DNA from: the human T2T-CHM13v2.0 reference genome, Homo sapiens
Assembly (NCBI RefSeq): GCF_009914755.1
Contig: NC_060941.1
DNA length: 64,000 nucleotides
Direction: 5' to 3' (one strand)
The position numbers and the translations under genes are program-made. The notes under the pieces were generated by a model. That model did not search any database. It worked only from the letters and a program-made list of their open reading frames with translations, and was not told where the DNA came from. How positions within the stretch are numbered: the stretch's first letter is position 1; each line of letters begins with the position of its first letter. Shown piece by piece: positions 53,121 to 64,000 of the stretch.

Positions 53121-55739
53121 GATCTAGGTGGTCTGGCTCCAGAATCCACACCCTTAAACCTTGGACTGTCCTGCCTTTTAAATCAACTAAGAGAATCAAC
53201 TACTTACTGGGAGAATAATTAAACTCTAAAGGTGGAGTTTAGGTAGAGTTTCATCAATATCTTAAAGGACAAGAACATGTAAGAAATTAGACTAGGAAAG
53301 AGAGGGAAAAGCTAGCTTAAATTAAATGGTAGGCATTCAGGGCAGGTGTTTGGGAGGGTATATCTATAAAAGGAAGAAGGTAAAATACCAACATGGCTTG
53401 TCAAGAGAAGAAGTGGTTTCCTCTTGTCTAACCAATAAATTATATTGAGCTCCTACTACGTGACCTTACTAAGTCTTGCCCTCTAGAGTCATGTGGCCTG
53501 GGTGGGAAGCCAGGTATGATCCCCTAAACAATGCCAGGCTGCATGGGCCAGGGCAGATGGCAGGACTAAAGTCTGTTTATTCTGTTGGTATTCCAGTTAG
53601 CCGTTCATCTGTAAAGACAGGAGTGATCAAGGAAGTCTTCATGGAAGAGAAGGCATTTAAGCTGGAATTTGAAAGAAATGGCTTGAATTAGAAAAGTGGG
53701 ACAGTGGAAAGGATGACTGCAATGACATACTTGGAAGGAAACATGAACTGTTCTTGGTGACTCTTAGAGACTGACATACGGAGAGTAATCAAAAATGACT
53801 TTACATGTTTTGGCTTGGATAAAAATAGTAGTTCTTGGGGCAAACACAGGAACTTTAGGGGGTGGTAGGAGATAGTTTCAGAAATTATGACTTTGGTTTT
53901 GGGCGTGTGGATTCTGAGGTGACGGATTGTGGAAATCTTGGATTAATATCCACTTTTCAGTTTAGATGGGAGGAGGATGGATTAGAAGGCTGCCCGAGAT
54001 CACCTCCATTCCTGGCACTCAGAGGAGCTGCGTTTACTCTAAAGCAGAGAAATTAGGCCAAGGCAGAATGAAGAGGAGCCACAGGACTCCAGAGAGGTTC
54101 ACGTCACCACCCCACAGGGGACAAACGCATACCTTGTTTTCTGAGTTGACAGACATCCGGTTACTTCATCTTGGAAGTTACATTCATCTGCCCTTTGGAA
54201 CATCCTGCCCAATGACCGATTTTTTAAAATAGCTTCTTTTCCCTGATTATATTTGTAATACCTACTCACTGCAAAACATTTGAGAAAGCTCAAAAACAGA
54301 AATAAGGAAATGCAATCACATAGACACACACACAGACCCACACACAGAGACATATATGTATATATAGAGAGAGACATGCACGTACACACAGACCCGCACA
54401 TGTATGTGTATGTTTGTGTATAGTGTATATAGTTTTCATCCATTTTAGCTGGTATTTAAAAATGCACTTTTAGCTGACAAAATCTGTAAGAATAAACAAG
54501 AAGATAACAATAGCCAACATTTATTGAGTTGTTAGTATGTTGTAGACATAGGGAAAAAATATACACCAATCTCTGCACACACATTTTAAAACAATCTGTT
54601 CCTAAAATGCATCTATTGGCTCTCTCCTTATTACCCAACATTCTTCAACACTCAGGTACGTGCGGGTACCTGTTTAACATCTCTTTTTGCCATGTGCTTA
54701 TTTTCCTTCTAACTAGAAAGCTGTAGTTTCAGAATCACCTGTAACAGCCTCAGAGGCAGCCTATGAGAGGCCAAGAAGAGACAGAGTTGGGGGTTGACAC
54801 ATCATTAGGGATCCAAAAAAGCAGAATCCCTGCCAGGAGTCCCCGCCAATATTCTAAACCTCAAACCTTGAATTGCTGAATCTAAAGAATGCCCTGGACA
54901 AGAAAATCAACATTAAACACACCTAGAGAAATACAATAAATAGACACATATGAACAGTGCAAGCAGAGAGATTGAGTGCCTCTGGAAAGAGACAAGAGTG
55001 GGGAAGGCGTGCAAGGAGGTAGGACAGGACCCGGGGGAATTTGTGAGCTGCTGTCTTTAACCTGTCCCAGGGAAATAAGGATTGAAATATTCCCTAGTGA
55101 ATATGATTGGCATATGCAGTTCATCCACAGATCATGGAAACACACCCAGATACAGACACACACCACATACAACCTCGATGGGCAATGCTTCCCTCCCACC
55201 TTGGTCTCCTGGGGATACCAACTAAGAGACTGGTGCTTCATTCTTGGAGACAGCCACAGTCTTTGTTTCTGGAGGTGGGTGGATCCTCATCTGGTTCATT
55301 TTTTCAAGAAACTGCCTGCTCCCTGAGAAAAGCTTGCTGGGGAGAGAGTTGTCTCACTGGATACGTCTGCGGAGGGGAAGAGAAGGGATGGCCTTTCCTC
55401 CAAAGATAACACAGCGGCCCCTGACCTCCTGCGAGTCTCCCTCCAAAACCTTCCTAATGAGCTGTCTCTGGGAGGGGGTGGATATTTTCCACACTATCTT
55501 GGCCTCTCCTTGGGTTTTTTTTTGAATCTTCACTTTTCCATGCCATAAACACCGTTTGCCATGACCTCTCCCTCACTGCCATCTCGGACAGCTTCTCATG
55601 CGTGAAACATATTTTTGTTCATTACTTTGTTGTCCACGACCTTCCTTCCCAACCGTCCAGCCCGGGTCTCCCTGCACCCTTCACCCCCACGTCACACATA
55701 TAATGAATTGCTATTCCTTCAGACAACGGGGTGGAAAAC

Positions 55740-56010
55740 TGTGGTCTCCAAGGCAACGGGGTATCCTGGGGTGGGGTGCTGGGGAGGGGGGCCTTGCCCG
55801 GCCAGGAAAGGACTGGAAGTAAAGGGGGGTGGGGAGGCACAAGCCGAGATGATATCATTCCTGAAGCCTGCAAGCAGCCAATCCGCTGGTGAGGATATGA
55901 TGTCATCTCCCCCGCCCCCGCCCCCTCTTAGCCTAGGTAGCCCCACTGAGAATTCTAGACAAGTATTGAACTGAAGTTGTATTACTGTGAGAGAAAGGGG
56001 GCGGGGGATG
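55740..56010 (+). promoter_or_regulatory. Candidate Pol II promoter
   Basis: RFX X-box-like gtctccaaggcaac 55744-55757; CCAAT (agccaatc) 55878-55882; CRE/ATF-like atgatgtcat 55897-55906; tandem GC boxes 55909-55924 and 55997-56007; G-run clusters; repeat-free; CpG-enriched downstream. Confidence 0.6.
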
Positions 56011-56428
56011 GCGATGGGAGAGAGAAAGAGATCTACGGACCCTCTGGATGGCCGGAGCAGACACTACAGTCTTCACCAGAGGCAGCCCCATAAAAATGTC
56101 ATCGTCTCGGGCTCTCCCCGCATTACAACACAATGATTTCTTTGGGGAGGAGAAAAAAAAACTAAGATTTATTTTGCAACCACACCTCCGCCTCCCTTGG
56201 AAGAGAAATACTGACCAACAACAAGTTGTGAATGAAATGTCTGCAGATCGGCCCCCCTCGCCCAGCCTGAGAACTTTCCAGACGGAAAGGCGCACACGTG
56301 CACACAGCACCAGCTGAGCCGATTTGTGCTGCTCTCAGCAGCCACCGGGGATGGAGGAACCGCTCAAGGATCTCCAGAGTGCGAGCCTGGTTCGGGACAA
56401 AGTTGCCCAACCTAGTGGTGTGAGCCAC
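56010..56428 (+). other. Candidate first exon (TSS position uncertain), ending at donor CAC|GTAAGG
   Basis: Follows promoter motifs; roughly 20 CpG in ~430 bp; strong-context ATG (gggATGg) at 56351 is open for 26 codons up to the donor. Confidence 0.4.
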
Positions 56429-57819
56429 GTAAGGAGCTGGGGAGAGGGGAGTCTGTCCCCAAGACAATGACAGCATCTAGGGCTCAGTGCCAGGCTCCCG
56501 GGAGAAGCAAACAAGCCATGGCTTTAGGGAGGGGTGCAGGCTCATTAGAGAGCCCACTGAAGTGTTACCACCATGCAGAGAGGAGGGGTGAGAGGGCACG
56601 GCTCTCCTCTGCCAGTTTTTTTCTCTTGGGACGGGGAAGCAGTGCTGCTTGGAAAATAGCAAACTCAAACCTTCCCCCCAAATGCCAGAAATGTTCCCGG
56701 GAGTCCAGGCCACAAGGACAGTGTGTGCAATGGCTTGGACCAGGCCAGAGCTGTTCTCCCTCCCCTTAAACTATGCATAAAAAGGAGGTTCCCCCACATG
56801 CTCCTCCTGGGATCTTTCTGGGGTTATCCCACATGAACCCGCTTAGATTGCCTTTGAGGAAACAGAGAAGTGAAGATCCCCCATCCACTCCCCATTTTGG
56901 AAAAGTGGACATCAAGGCCCAGAGAAGGGACAGGACCAGCCCAATGACCAACAGAGTCACCAGTGACTCTGGGGCTATGCCTAGGACTCTGTCTCCAGTC
57001 TACTGTTCATTCCCAAGGACAAGCCCACAACACAGTAGCAGCACCTGCAGATGGAAAGCCTTCTATCTCAATGTCACCTGTTTGCCGCTTTCTGCATAAG
57101 TAATGTCATTGTTGGAATGAGTTTATGATGGTCTCCATCCCCATTTCTATGAGCTGTGAGCAAGACATCTGCTGCATAGCTCACGTGTGTTCAGGCCTCC
57201 CTGGACCAGCAGCTCTGACTCACACACGCACAGAACGGTAAGGCACAGCCTCACTCCCAAAGGGCCCGAGATCCAGGAAGGGGGACAAAACAGGGGTCAT
57301 GTAAACATGTGTGAATTGCATACACGAGTAGGATGGATGAGGGCTGGGTTTGCTCAAAAAAAAGAGGTGCAACTCTGACTTTTAATAAATAGTTACTGGC
57401 GTCCTACTCTCTGCCAGGTGCTGAAATACAAACATGACTAGGTCTGAGTTCTACCCTCGTGGCATTTATATCAAGAGAAGGAGACTGAGGCTGTAAACTT
57501 AAATCTTCCCTATGGAAGCCCCAGGAAGGCAGGGGCTTGGTTGTATGGAGGCTGTATGAACCCGGCACCTAGCATAGCGCCTGCTATACAGTAAACACAC
57601 GATATGTTGGATGACCAAACAGAAGCAGTGCCTGGAAGGATGTTTCTAACTCTAGAGGACGTTAGCGAAGAGGTGATACTCGAACGGGGCTTTGGAAGAT
57701 TAATGATCGCTTGCCAGGTGAAAGGAGGGGGAACATTCAAAGTAGAGGGAACAACATTTGTAAAGGTATGACATATAAGTGCAGGACAGGATAGGTTAGA
57801 TAAGAGAATGAATAACCCC

Positions 57820-58176
57820 TGTATTAGTCCGTTCTCACACTGCTATAAATAACTGCCCGAGACAGGGTAATTTATAAAGAAATTGACTCACAGTTCCACA
57901 TGGCTGGGGCGACCTCAGGAAACTTACAATCATGGTGGAAGGGAAAGCAGTCATGTCTTACATGGCAGCAGGTAAGAGAGCATGTGTAGAAAGTGAAAGG
58001 GGAAGAGCCTCTTATAAAACCATCAGATCTTGTGAGAACTCACTCACTATCCTGAGAACAGCATGGGGGAAACTGCCCCCGTGATCCAATCACCTCCCAC
58101 CAGGTCTCTCCCTCAACACCTGGGGATTACAATTCGAGATGAGATTTGGGTGGGGACACAAAGCCTAACCATATCA
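57820..58176 (-). mobile_element. THE1D-like solo LTR
   Basis: tgtattagtccgttctcacactgctataaa...aaccatcagatcttgtgagaactcactcactatc...ggggacacaaagcctaaccatatca; TSD acccc / acctc. Confidence 0.93.
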
Positions 58177-58510
58177 ACCTCCAAATCCCCATGGCTTAAG
58201 ATAACAAAGGTCTGTTGCTTGTTTTTGCTACATGTCCGTTGCAAGTCAGCTAGCGACTCTGCTCCATGCTGTGGCCACTCTCTGACCCAGGCTGATGGAG
58301 CAGCCACAACTGCAATATTATTGCTGGTCACCAGCGAAGATGAAAAGGAGGGCTCAGCCCTTAAGTGACACACCCTGCTGCTTATAACTCATTGGCCATA
58401 ACTGGTTACATGACCCCACCCAACCCCAACAAGGGCCAGGAAGTACAGTCCTAACTCACCATAATCAGAAAGCTAGAAATATTCAGCAGCAGCATTAATG
58501 ACTATCACAC
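58177..58510 (-). mobile_element. MLT1I-like LTR hosting the THE1D (begins ~57780)
   Basis: caaatccccatggcttaagataacaaagg...acccaggctgatggagcagcc...cagcattaatgactatcaca. Confidence 0.7.
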
Positions 58511-58864
58511 AAAGACATGTAAAATTGGTCTTGTGTCTTTGGGGAATATACACTGTGAGCTGCAGCAGTCCAGGAAGGCTTCATGGAGGAGATGGGCTCA
58601 AAACGGGCTCTGAAGAATAGACAAGAGCCAGGAAGGCAGAAAGAAGAGGGAAAGGCATTGCAGACAGCAGAAACAAGCCAAAGCCAGACACTGGGAATGA
58701 AGCTGGTACCAGGCAGCTGGCAGGGATGAGGAGGTGGACTAGAGCGGCAGGATTTGGTTATTTTACCAACTGGATGCTGATCCTTTCACGGTGTCAAGAA
58801 AAATTGATCCGGAACACCAGAATGCTAGGTGGCGCTCCTGCAATGCATGCTTTCTCTTTTGGGC

Positions 58865-59130
58865 CATGTTTTAAACCTTGTATTTGGGAAAATTTCAAAT
58901 TTATAAAAAGTTACAGAAATAGTAAAAGAAATGCCTGTATACCCTTCACCTAGGGTTTTCTATTATTAACATTTTATTTTATTGAGACAGGGTCTTCCTC
59001 TGTCACCCACGCTGGAGTGCAGTGGTACAATCACGAATCCCTGAAACCTCTGCTCCCCCCAGCTCAAGCAATCCTCCCACCTCAGCCTCCCAAGTGGCTA
59101 AAACTACAGGCATGTGCCACCATGCCCAGC

Positions 59131-59167
<37 letters not shown>

Positions 59168-59830
59168 ACAGAGTTTTGCCATGTTGTCCAGGCTGATCTC
59201 GAACTCCTGGACTCAAGCAATCCACCCACTTCGGCTTCCCAGAGTTCTGGGATTCACAATATTCTCCTATATAACCACAGTGCAGTTACCACCTTCCCAA
59301 ATTTGCATTGATAAACTACTTTAATCTCCATCTATGTTCCAGTTTTGTCAATTAATGCAATACTTTCCTTTCTTCCATGGTTTCCCTCCAGCTTAGAATC
59401 CAATCTAGAGACTGGCGTTGCATTAAGCTGCCTTGATTCTTTGGCCACCTCCAATCTGAAACGTTGCACAGCTTTCTCACCTTTTTATAACAATCACGTT
59501 TTTAAAGAACACAGTCCCAGCTTACACCTCTTTTCCTTTAATAGACTGTTCCACCTGGGGCTTTTGTCTGATGTTTCCTGGTGAACAAATAGACTTTGTA
59601 CATTCCGGGCAGCTGTGCTACTAGGTGATGCTATGTCCTCATGGTGTCCCTTCTGGAGGCACGAGATGTCATCTGCCCTCTTGGGTGATTATATTTTTGA
59701 TCCCCTGCTTAAGATATTGCCCAGTTTTCCCACAAATAATAGTTGCTTTTGTGGGGTTTTCTCTTCCCTTGCAAATTAATAAGCAGTCAGAAAGGACACA
59801 CTTTAAGATGATACAAATATCCTGTTCCTA
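58865..59830 (-). mobile_element. L1MC-type 3' region, interrupted by AluJ
   Basis: gaaaatttcaaatttataaaaagttacagaaatagta...gtatacccttcaccta; attctcctatataaccacagtgcag...ccttgcaaattaataagcagtc. Confidence 0.75.
58972..59258 (-). mobile_element. AluJ whose central linker is replaced by (TG)15 (59133-59162)
   Basis: gagacagggtct...gctcaagcaatcctcccacctcagcc; 5' end truncated. Confidence 0.92.
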
Positions 59831-60148
59831 GGCCGGGTGCGGTGGCTCACGCCTGTAATCCCAGCACTTTGGGAAGTTGAGGCAGGCAGATCACTTGAAG
59901 TCAGCCTGGCCAATGTGGTGAAACCCCATGTCTACTAAAAATACAAAAATTAGCTGAGCATGGTGGTGTAACCCCAGCTACTCAGGAGGATGAGGCACAA
60001 GAATCGCTTGAACCTTGGAGGCAGAGGTTGCAGTGAGCCGAGATCACGCTACTGCACTCCAGCCTGGGTGATAGAGTAAGACTCTGTGTCAAAAAAAAAA
60101 AAAAAAGAAAGAAAGAAAAGAAAAGAAAAAATAAAAGAAACAAAGAAA
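59831..60148 (+). mobile_element. AluS (Sz/Sx-like) with two small internal deletions and a long GAAA-type tail
   Basis: ggccgggtgcggtggctcacgcc...gatcacttgaagtcag|cctggcc. Confidence 0.93.
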
Positions 60149-60859
60149 CTCAAAGAATCAACTCTATGGAAATTGCTGGTTCCCTTTCGGAACAGATTCT
60201 TGGAGCCAAAAGAAAAGGACGTAGAGGCACAAGGCAGAGACGTGAAGATATGATTTCCTTCCACCAGTGCAGCTCTGCATGCCACATTCTTAGCAGTTTT
60301 TCACAGCTTGGACACAAGGGTCCCTATGACCATCTTCATTTTTGGTGCCAGCGCTGTCCAATTCTTTGTTGGGTTACTCCATCCCCCTATGCTGATCTTC
60401 TAATAAATAATACTTGGGCGAGGTTTCTCTACTCCCATTGTACATATGGTGACACTGAGTTTCCCCCAATTCAGAAGCCTTGCCTTAAGGTCTCTCCAGG
60501 GACAGGAAATTATCAGCTTCCACATGGGTCAGGCAGTGCTAGTTAGAGGGGACACCAGAGTCACTGGCCCCTCATAACAGGACTGTAAAGAACAGTGGTT
60601 TCCACCTAAGCAAAATGGGGAGGCCAGAGGGCTGCAGAGTGTGCAGGGCGGTTTCTGATGCAGGCACCACATAACCCTTATTCTTGGATGCTTTCCCTCC
60701 AGCATCCTTGCATTTTTGTTTTGCTTAAGAGATGGGGCTTTGGAATCAGCCATCTGGGACAATTTCCTTTAACCTCCACGAGCCTGTTTCCTCAGTAAAT
60801 GGGGGTGATGATACCGACATCTCAGGGCTGTGTTATGGTTAAATTAGACAATGTATTTT

Positions 60860-61051
60860 TCTTTTTTTTTTTCTAAGCTCACCTGTCCTTATAATTCTTT
60901 AATGCAAATGAGTGCTAATCACTAGAGCTAAAGTTACAACATACAATTAATAAACATGGGCCACAAGGATATAATAATGTGTTTCCATAGCTTTTGAACT
61001 GTTTTTCAGGTAGAGTTTGATCCTGTATCATAACCTGAGGATTGATTGAAC
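60860..61051 (-). pseudogene. Orphan retrocopy (poly(A)-tailed, TSD-flanked) of unrecognised source, inserted in a MIR
   Basis: 16-bp TSD ttagacaatgtatttt at 60844-60859 and 61052-61067; poly-T 60860-60872; ATTAAA on - strand (60898-60903) 25 nt from the tail. Confidence 0.8.
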
Positions 61052-61104
61052 TTAGACAATGTATTTTCCACTTGTGCTTAGCCCAGTGACCAGAAGAAGC
61101 CTCG

Positions 61105-61640
61105 ATATTTTGAAAGCACAGCTGTATTTCTAGAAAAGGCCTTCAAAGAGGTAATTAAGGTAAAACAAGGTGATATGGGTGAGCCCATTTCCAATACGAC
61201 TGATGTCCTTATAAAAGGAGGAGATTAGATCAATGTTTCAGATGATGGCTATGCTGATCACTCTGATCTGATCACTATACAGTCTGTGGATCAAAACATC
61301 GCTATGTACCCCATGAATATGCACAGTTACTATTTGTTGATTTTTTTTAATTAAATTAAATTGACTTTTAAAAAAAGAAAAAAAAGAGACCAGCTGGAAC
61401 GAAAAAAAAAACAAAAAACAAACAAACAAACAAAAAACAGAAAACAAAGAGAAAAAATAACAAGAAGAAGAAGAGATTAGGACACAGACATGTGCAAGCA
61501 CAGAGAAAAAGACCAGGTGAGAACGCAGCGAGAGGGAGAAGGCACCCAGTTTTTAAGCCACAGAGAGGCCTCGGGAGGAAAGAAAAAAACCTGCAGACAC
61601 CCCGACCTTGGGTGTCCAGCCTGCAGAACCGGCCCACGGT
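61105..61640 (+). mobile_element. MLT1B-like LTR, interrupted by L1MA 3' end
   Basis: ccttcaaagaggtaattaaggtaaaa...gactgatgtccttataaaaggaggagattag / gacacagac...agagaggcctc...tccagcctgcagaac. Confidence 0.8.
61229..61470 (+). mobile_element. L1MA-type 3' tip with two A-rich tails
   Basis: aatgtttcagatgatggctatgct...ctgatctgatcactataca...aaacatcgctatgtaccccatgaatatg; flanked by the degenerate TSD ...gagattag. Confidence 0.8.
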
Positions 61641-61819
61641 GAAGCATTGCTGGAACTCACTCCTCAGGGGATGGGATTGGGACGGGTCATCTAGCCCACG
61701 CCTCCAACCTCTTTGACCAAGTTCCTGAGCCTTTGGCTTGAAAGAGGGGGGTGGAAAACAGAAAAGACACCACTATTCATTTTGCCCAGCTCGAGCGTTC
61801 ACTTAAAACAGCCCAGATC

Positions 61820-62117
61820 AGCCGGGTGTGGTGGCTTACACCTGTAATCCCAGCACTTTGGGAGGCCAAGGCGGGTGGATCACGAGGTCGGGAGTTCGAG
61901 ACCCACCTGGCCATCATGGTGAAACCCCGTTTCAACTAAAAATACCAAAAAAAAAAAAAAATTAGCTGGGCATGGTGGCGGGCACCTGTAATTCTAGCTA
62001 CTTCAGGAGGCTGAGGCAGGAGAATTGCTTGAACCCGGGAGGCGGAGGTTCCAGTGAGCCGAGATTGCACCATTGCCTGGGAGACAAGAGTGAAACTCTG
62101 TAAAAAAAAAACAAAAC
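61820..62117 (+). mobile_element. AluS (Sg-like)
   Basis: ggatcacgaggtcgggagttcgagacc; TSD cag(c/t)ccagatc. Confidence 0.92.
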
Positions 62118-64000
62118 ACCGCAGTCCAGATCCACTAGCACCACACACATCCCTCCCCAGAGCCCGTGCCATAGCCCTTGACATCAGAGCTGGGGGTCAG
62201 AGCAGCACTGAATAAAATCCCTCACTGTTGGTCCATGGCTTCTGACAAGCTAGTTCTCTATTGCCATTCACCCACTGGGGGGCAAGGCTGCTGGGCCAGA
62301 TGTGGAGAAGATGCTGAAACCCTGAGTCAACAGTCAGCTCACCTGAGACACTGGCTGCTTAGGCAGAGGAAGACCTGACCTTGGCTCCTATGGGGCTGCC
62401 AGCCAGCATCAGTTCAGGCTGCATAGAAGCCCCTTACCTGACTGACCAGGCAGGCCAGGAAGAATCCCCTTTCCCTTGCATTCTCAGAAGGCGCCCCCGC
62501 CACCAACCCCATGTCTTCATGTCACTTGACCCTGGCTGCTGCCTTCCTAGCAGTCAGGAGGCTCTGGAAGATGGAGGAGTGGAAGGAGGCGTGGGAAGGT
62601 GGAGGGCTGGAGGGACGGCAGGACCTGGAGAGGACCCTTCTAACAGTTCAACTTGGCCCTGTTCCACGGGGCAGGCTGCCCGCACTTGGGGCTCCATCTG
62701 TGGCCTGTTCCCATGCAACCTTGGCCTTCTCCCCGCAGGCAAATCAGGGCATGTCCAGAAACGATTACAATCAGCCGCACTACCCTGAGAGCTGCCCCAG
62801 AGCCCAGCCAGGGCAGAAAACACTCTGTTCTTCCATTTTATGAATGAGCAAAGCCGTATGCTTTCTATAAATGTCTGCGTAAATCATCGGTGTGCATTCC
62901 CCTCTTGGCACAAGAAAAACCCAATCCAGACTGCACAGGCAGCTTCTTCTCCAGGAGGGAGGCCCAGGGGCCGTTCTCTCCATTTCTTCTGGGCTCTAGG
63001 GAGCTGCCTCCTGGGCTGGTCTCTGGTTCTGCAGAGAAAGCTCTTGCTCAGACAATGATTCGGCCCCAAAGGGGCAACAGCTCACCTTTCCAGGGGCCTC
63101 CTGGGCTGAGCTCCAGGTGAGGCCCAGCCAGACCTGCTGGGGTTCAGGGGATGTTTTGTAAGCCATCCTCCTGGGAGCTCCAACTCTCCCAGGCCCACAG
63201 CCCTACCCTGCCCATCACAGCCTGCACGGCCATTGGAAAGGTCTCTGTGCCACTGGCATTTTATGTAAAAGCTCCATGTCCACTTAACTAATAAGTAATC
63301 ATTAATATTACCCCTGGCCCATGTAACCAACTGTTAAACTGACACTAATGAAGTGAGTCGTGGGCACCATGACCAACATTAAAGCCAAGTCTGAACTGTT
63401 CACTTAAATGACTCAGGCTGATTTATACATCGTGCCTTGCATTTAACCAGAATGGTGGGTATTTTATATCAAAATGCACAGACATTCCCTCCATCCTGGC
63501 TTTATTCTTTCTGACTACCTCCCAGCCCCAACTGGATCAGACCAGACCAAACCAGATGGTCCCAGCCTTAATTATCTGGATCACAGTGTTACCTTCTTGG
63601 TGAAAATGCATTCCCAAAAACCGGGAAATGGATGGAAAATCTGGCGTTCAAAATAATGTATTAATGAGCACGTTTGACTTTGACTTTGGAGTTGGCTGAA
63701 ATGAGCATGCTATGAAATTTGGCTAATTCAAATGGGTTGAGTCCTCATTTTATGAATGAGCAATGCTGGGGAGGAAGGAGAGCAAGCCGGGGAGGAAGAC
63801 AACTCCATGTTGGGAGGACCCATCTCTGCAGGTGCGGCTTACCAGCCTCACTCCAAGGCTGGTTTCTAAGAGGCAGGAGAAAGTCACAACCCAGGAGATT
63901 CGAGTTAGGGAAATTCTGCTGAGGACACCCACTCCTGCTTCTGCCCTTACCTTCTTCCCAAGCATGCTGGGGTTGGGGGTGTCCCTTTTAATTTAGAGGT

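Overview
Primate (most likely human) euchromatic, non-coding DNA. It is roughly half interspersed repeats: about 19 Alus (J, S and Y), many L2 and MIR relics, old L1M pieces, one L1PB 3' end, MaLR LTRs (MLT1, MSTA, THE1D) and many hAT/Tc1 MITEs (MER5, MER58, MER3, MER20, MER94, MADE1). I found no credible protein-coding ORF. The ORF track reflects Alu, simple-repeat or chance frames, and I cannot name the host gene. The only strong gene-like signal is a CpG-enriched promoter-like segment with a candidate + strand first exon at about 55.7-56.4 kb. The most unusual structures are traces of how DNA was inserted or repaired: (1) a TSD-bounded chimera of an L1PB 3' end and an oppositely oriented 7SL RNA copy (41650-42209); (2) a 109-bp, 97%-identical inverted copy of unique DNA inserted into an L2 1.06 kb away, with a hairpin at its junction (19692-20994); (3) an orphan poly(A)-tailed, TSD-flanked retrocopy of unrecognised origin (60844-61067). 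There is also a 1.15-kb TG-rich minisatellite packed with TGCATG. Repeat families were assigned by eye from remembered consensus sequences, so subfamily labels and the edges of ancient elements are approximate. I see no evidence of a new multi-gene system.
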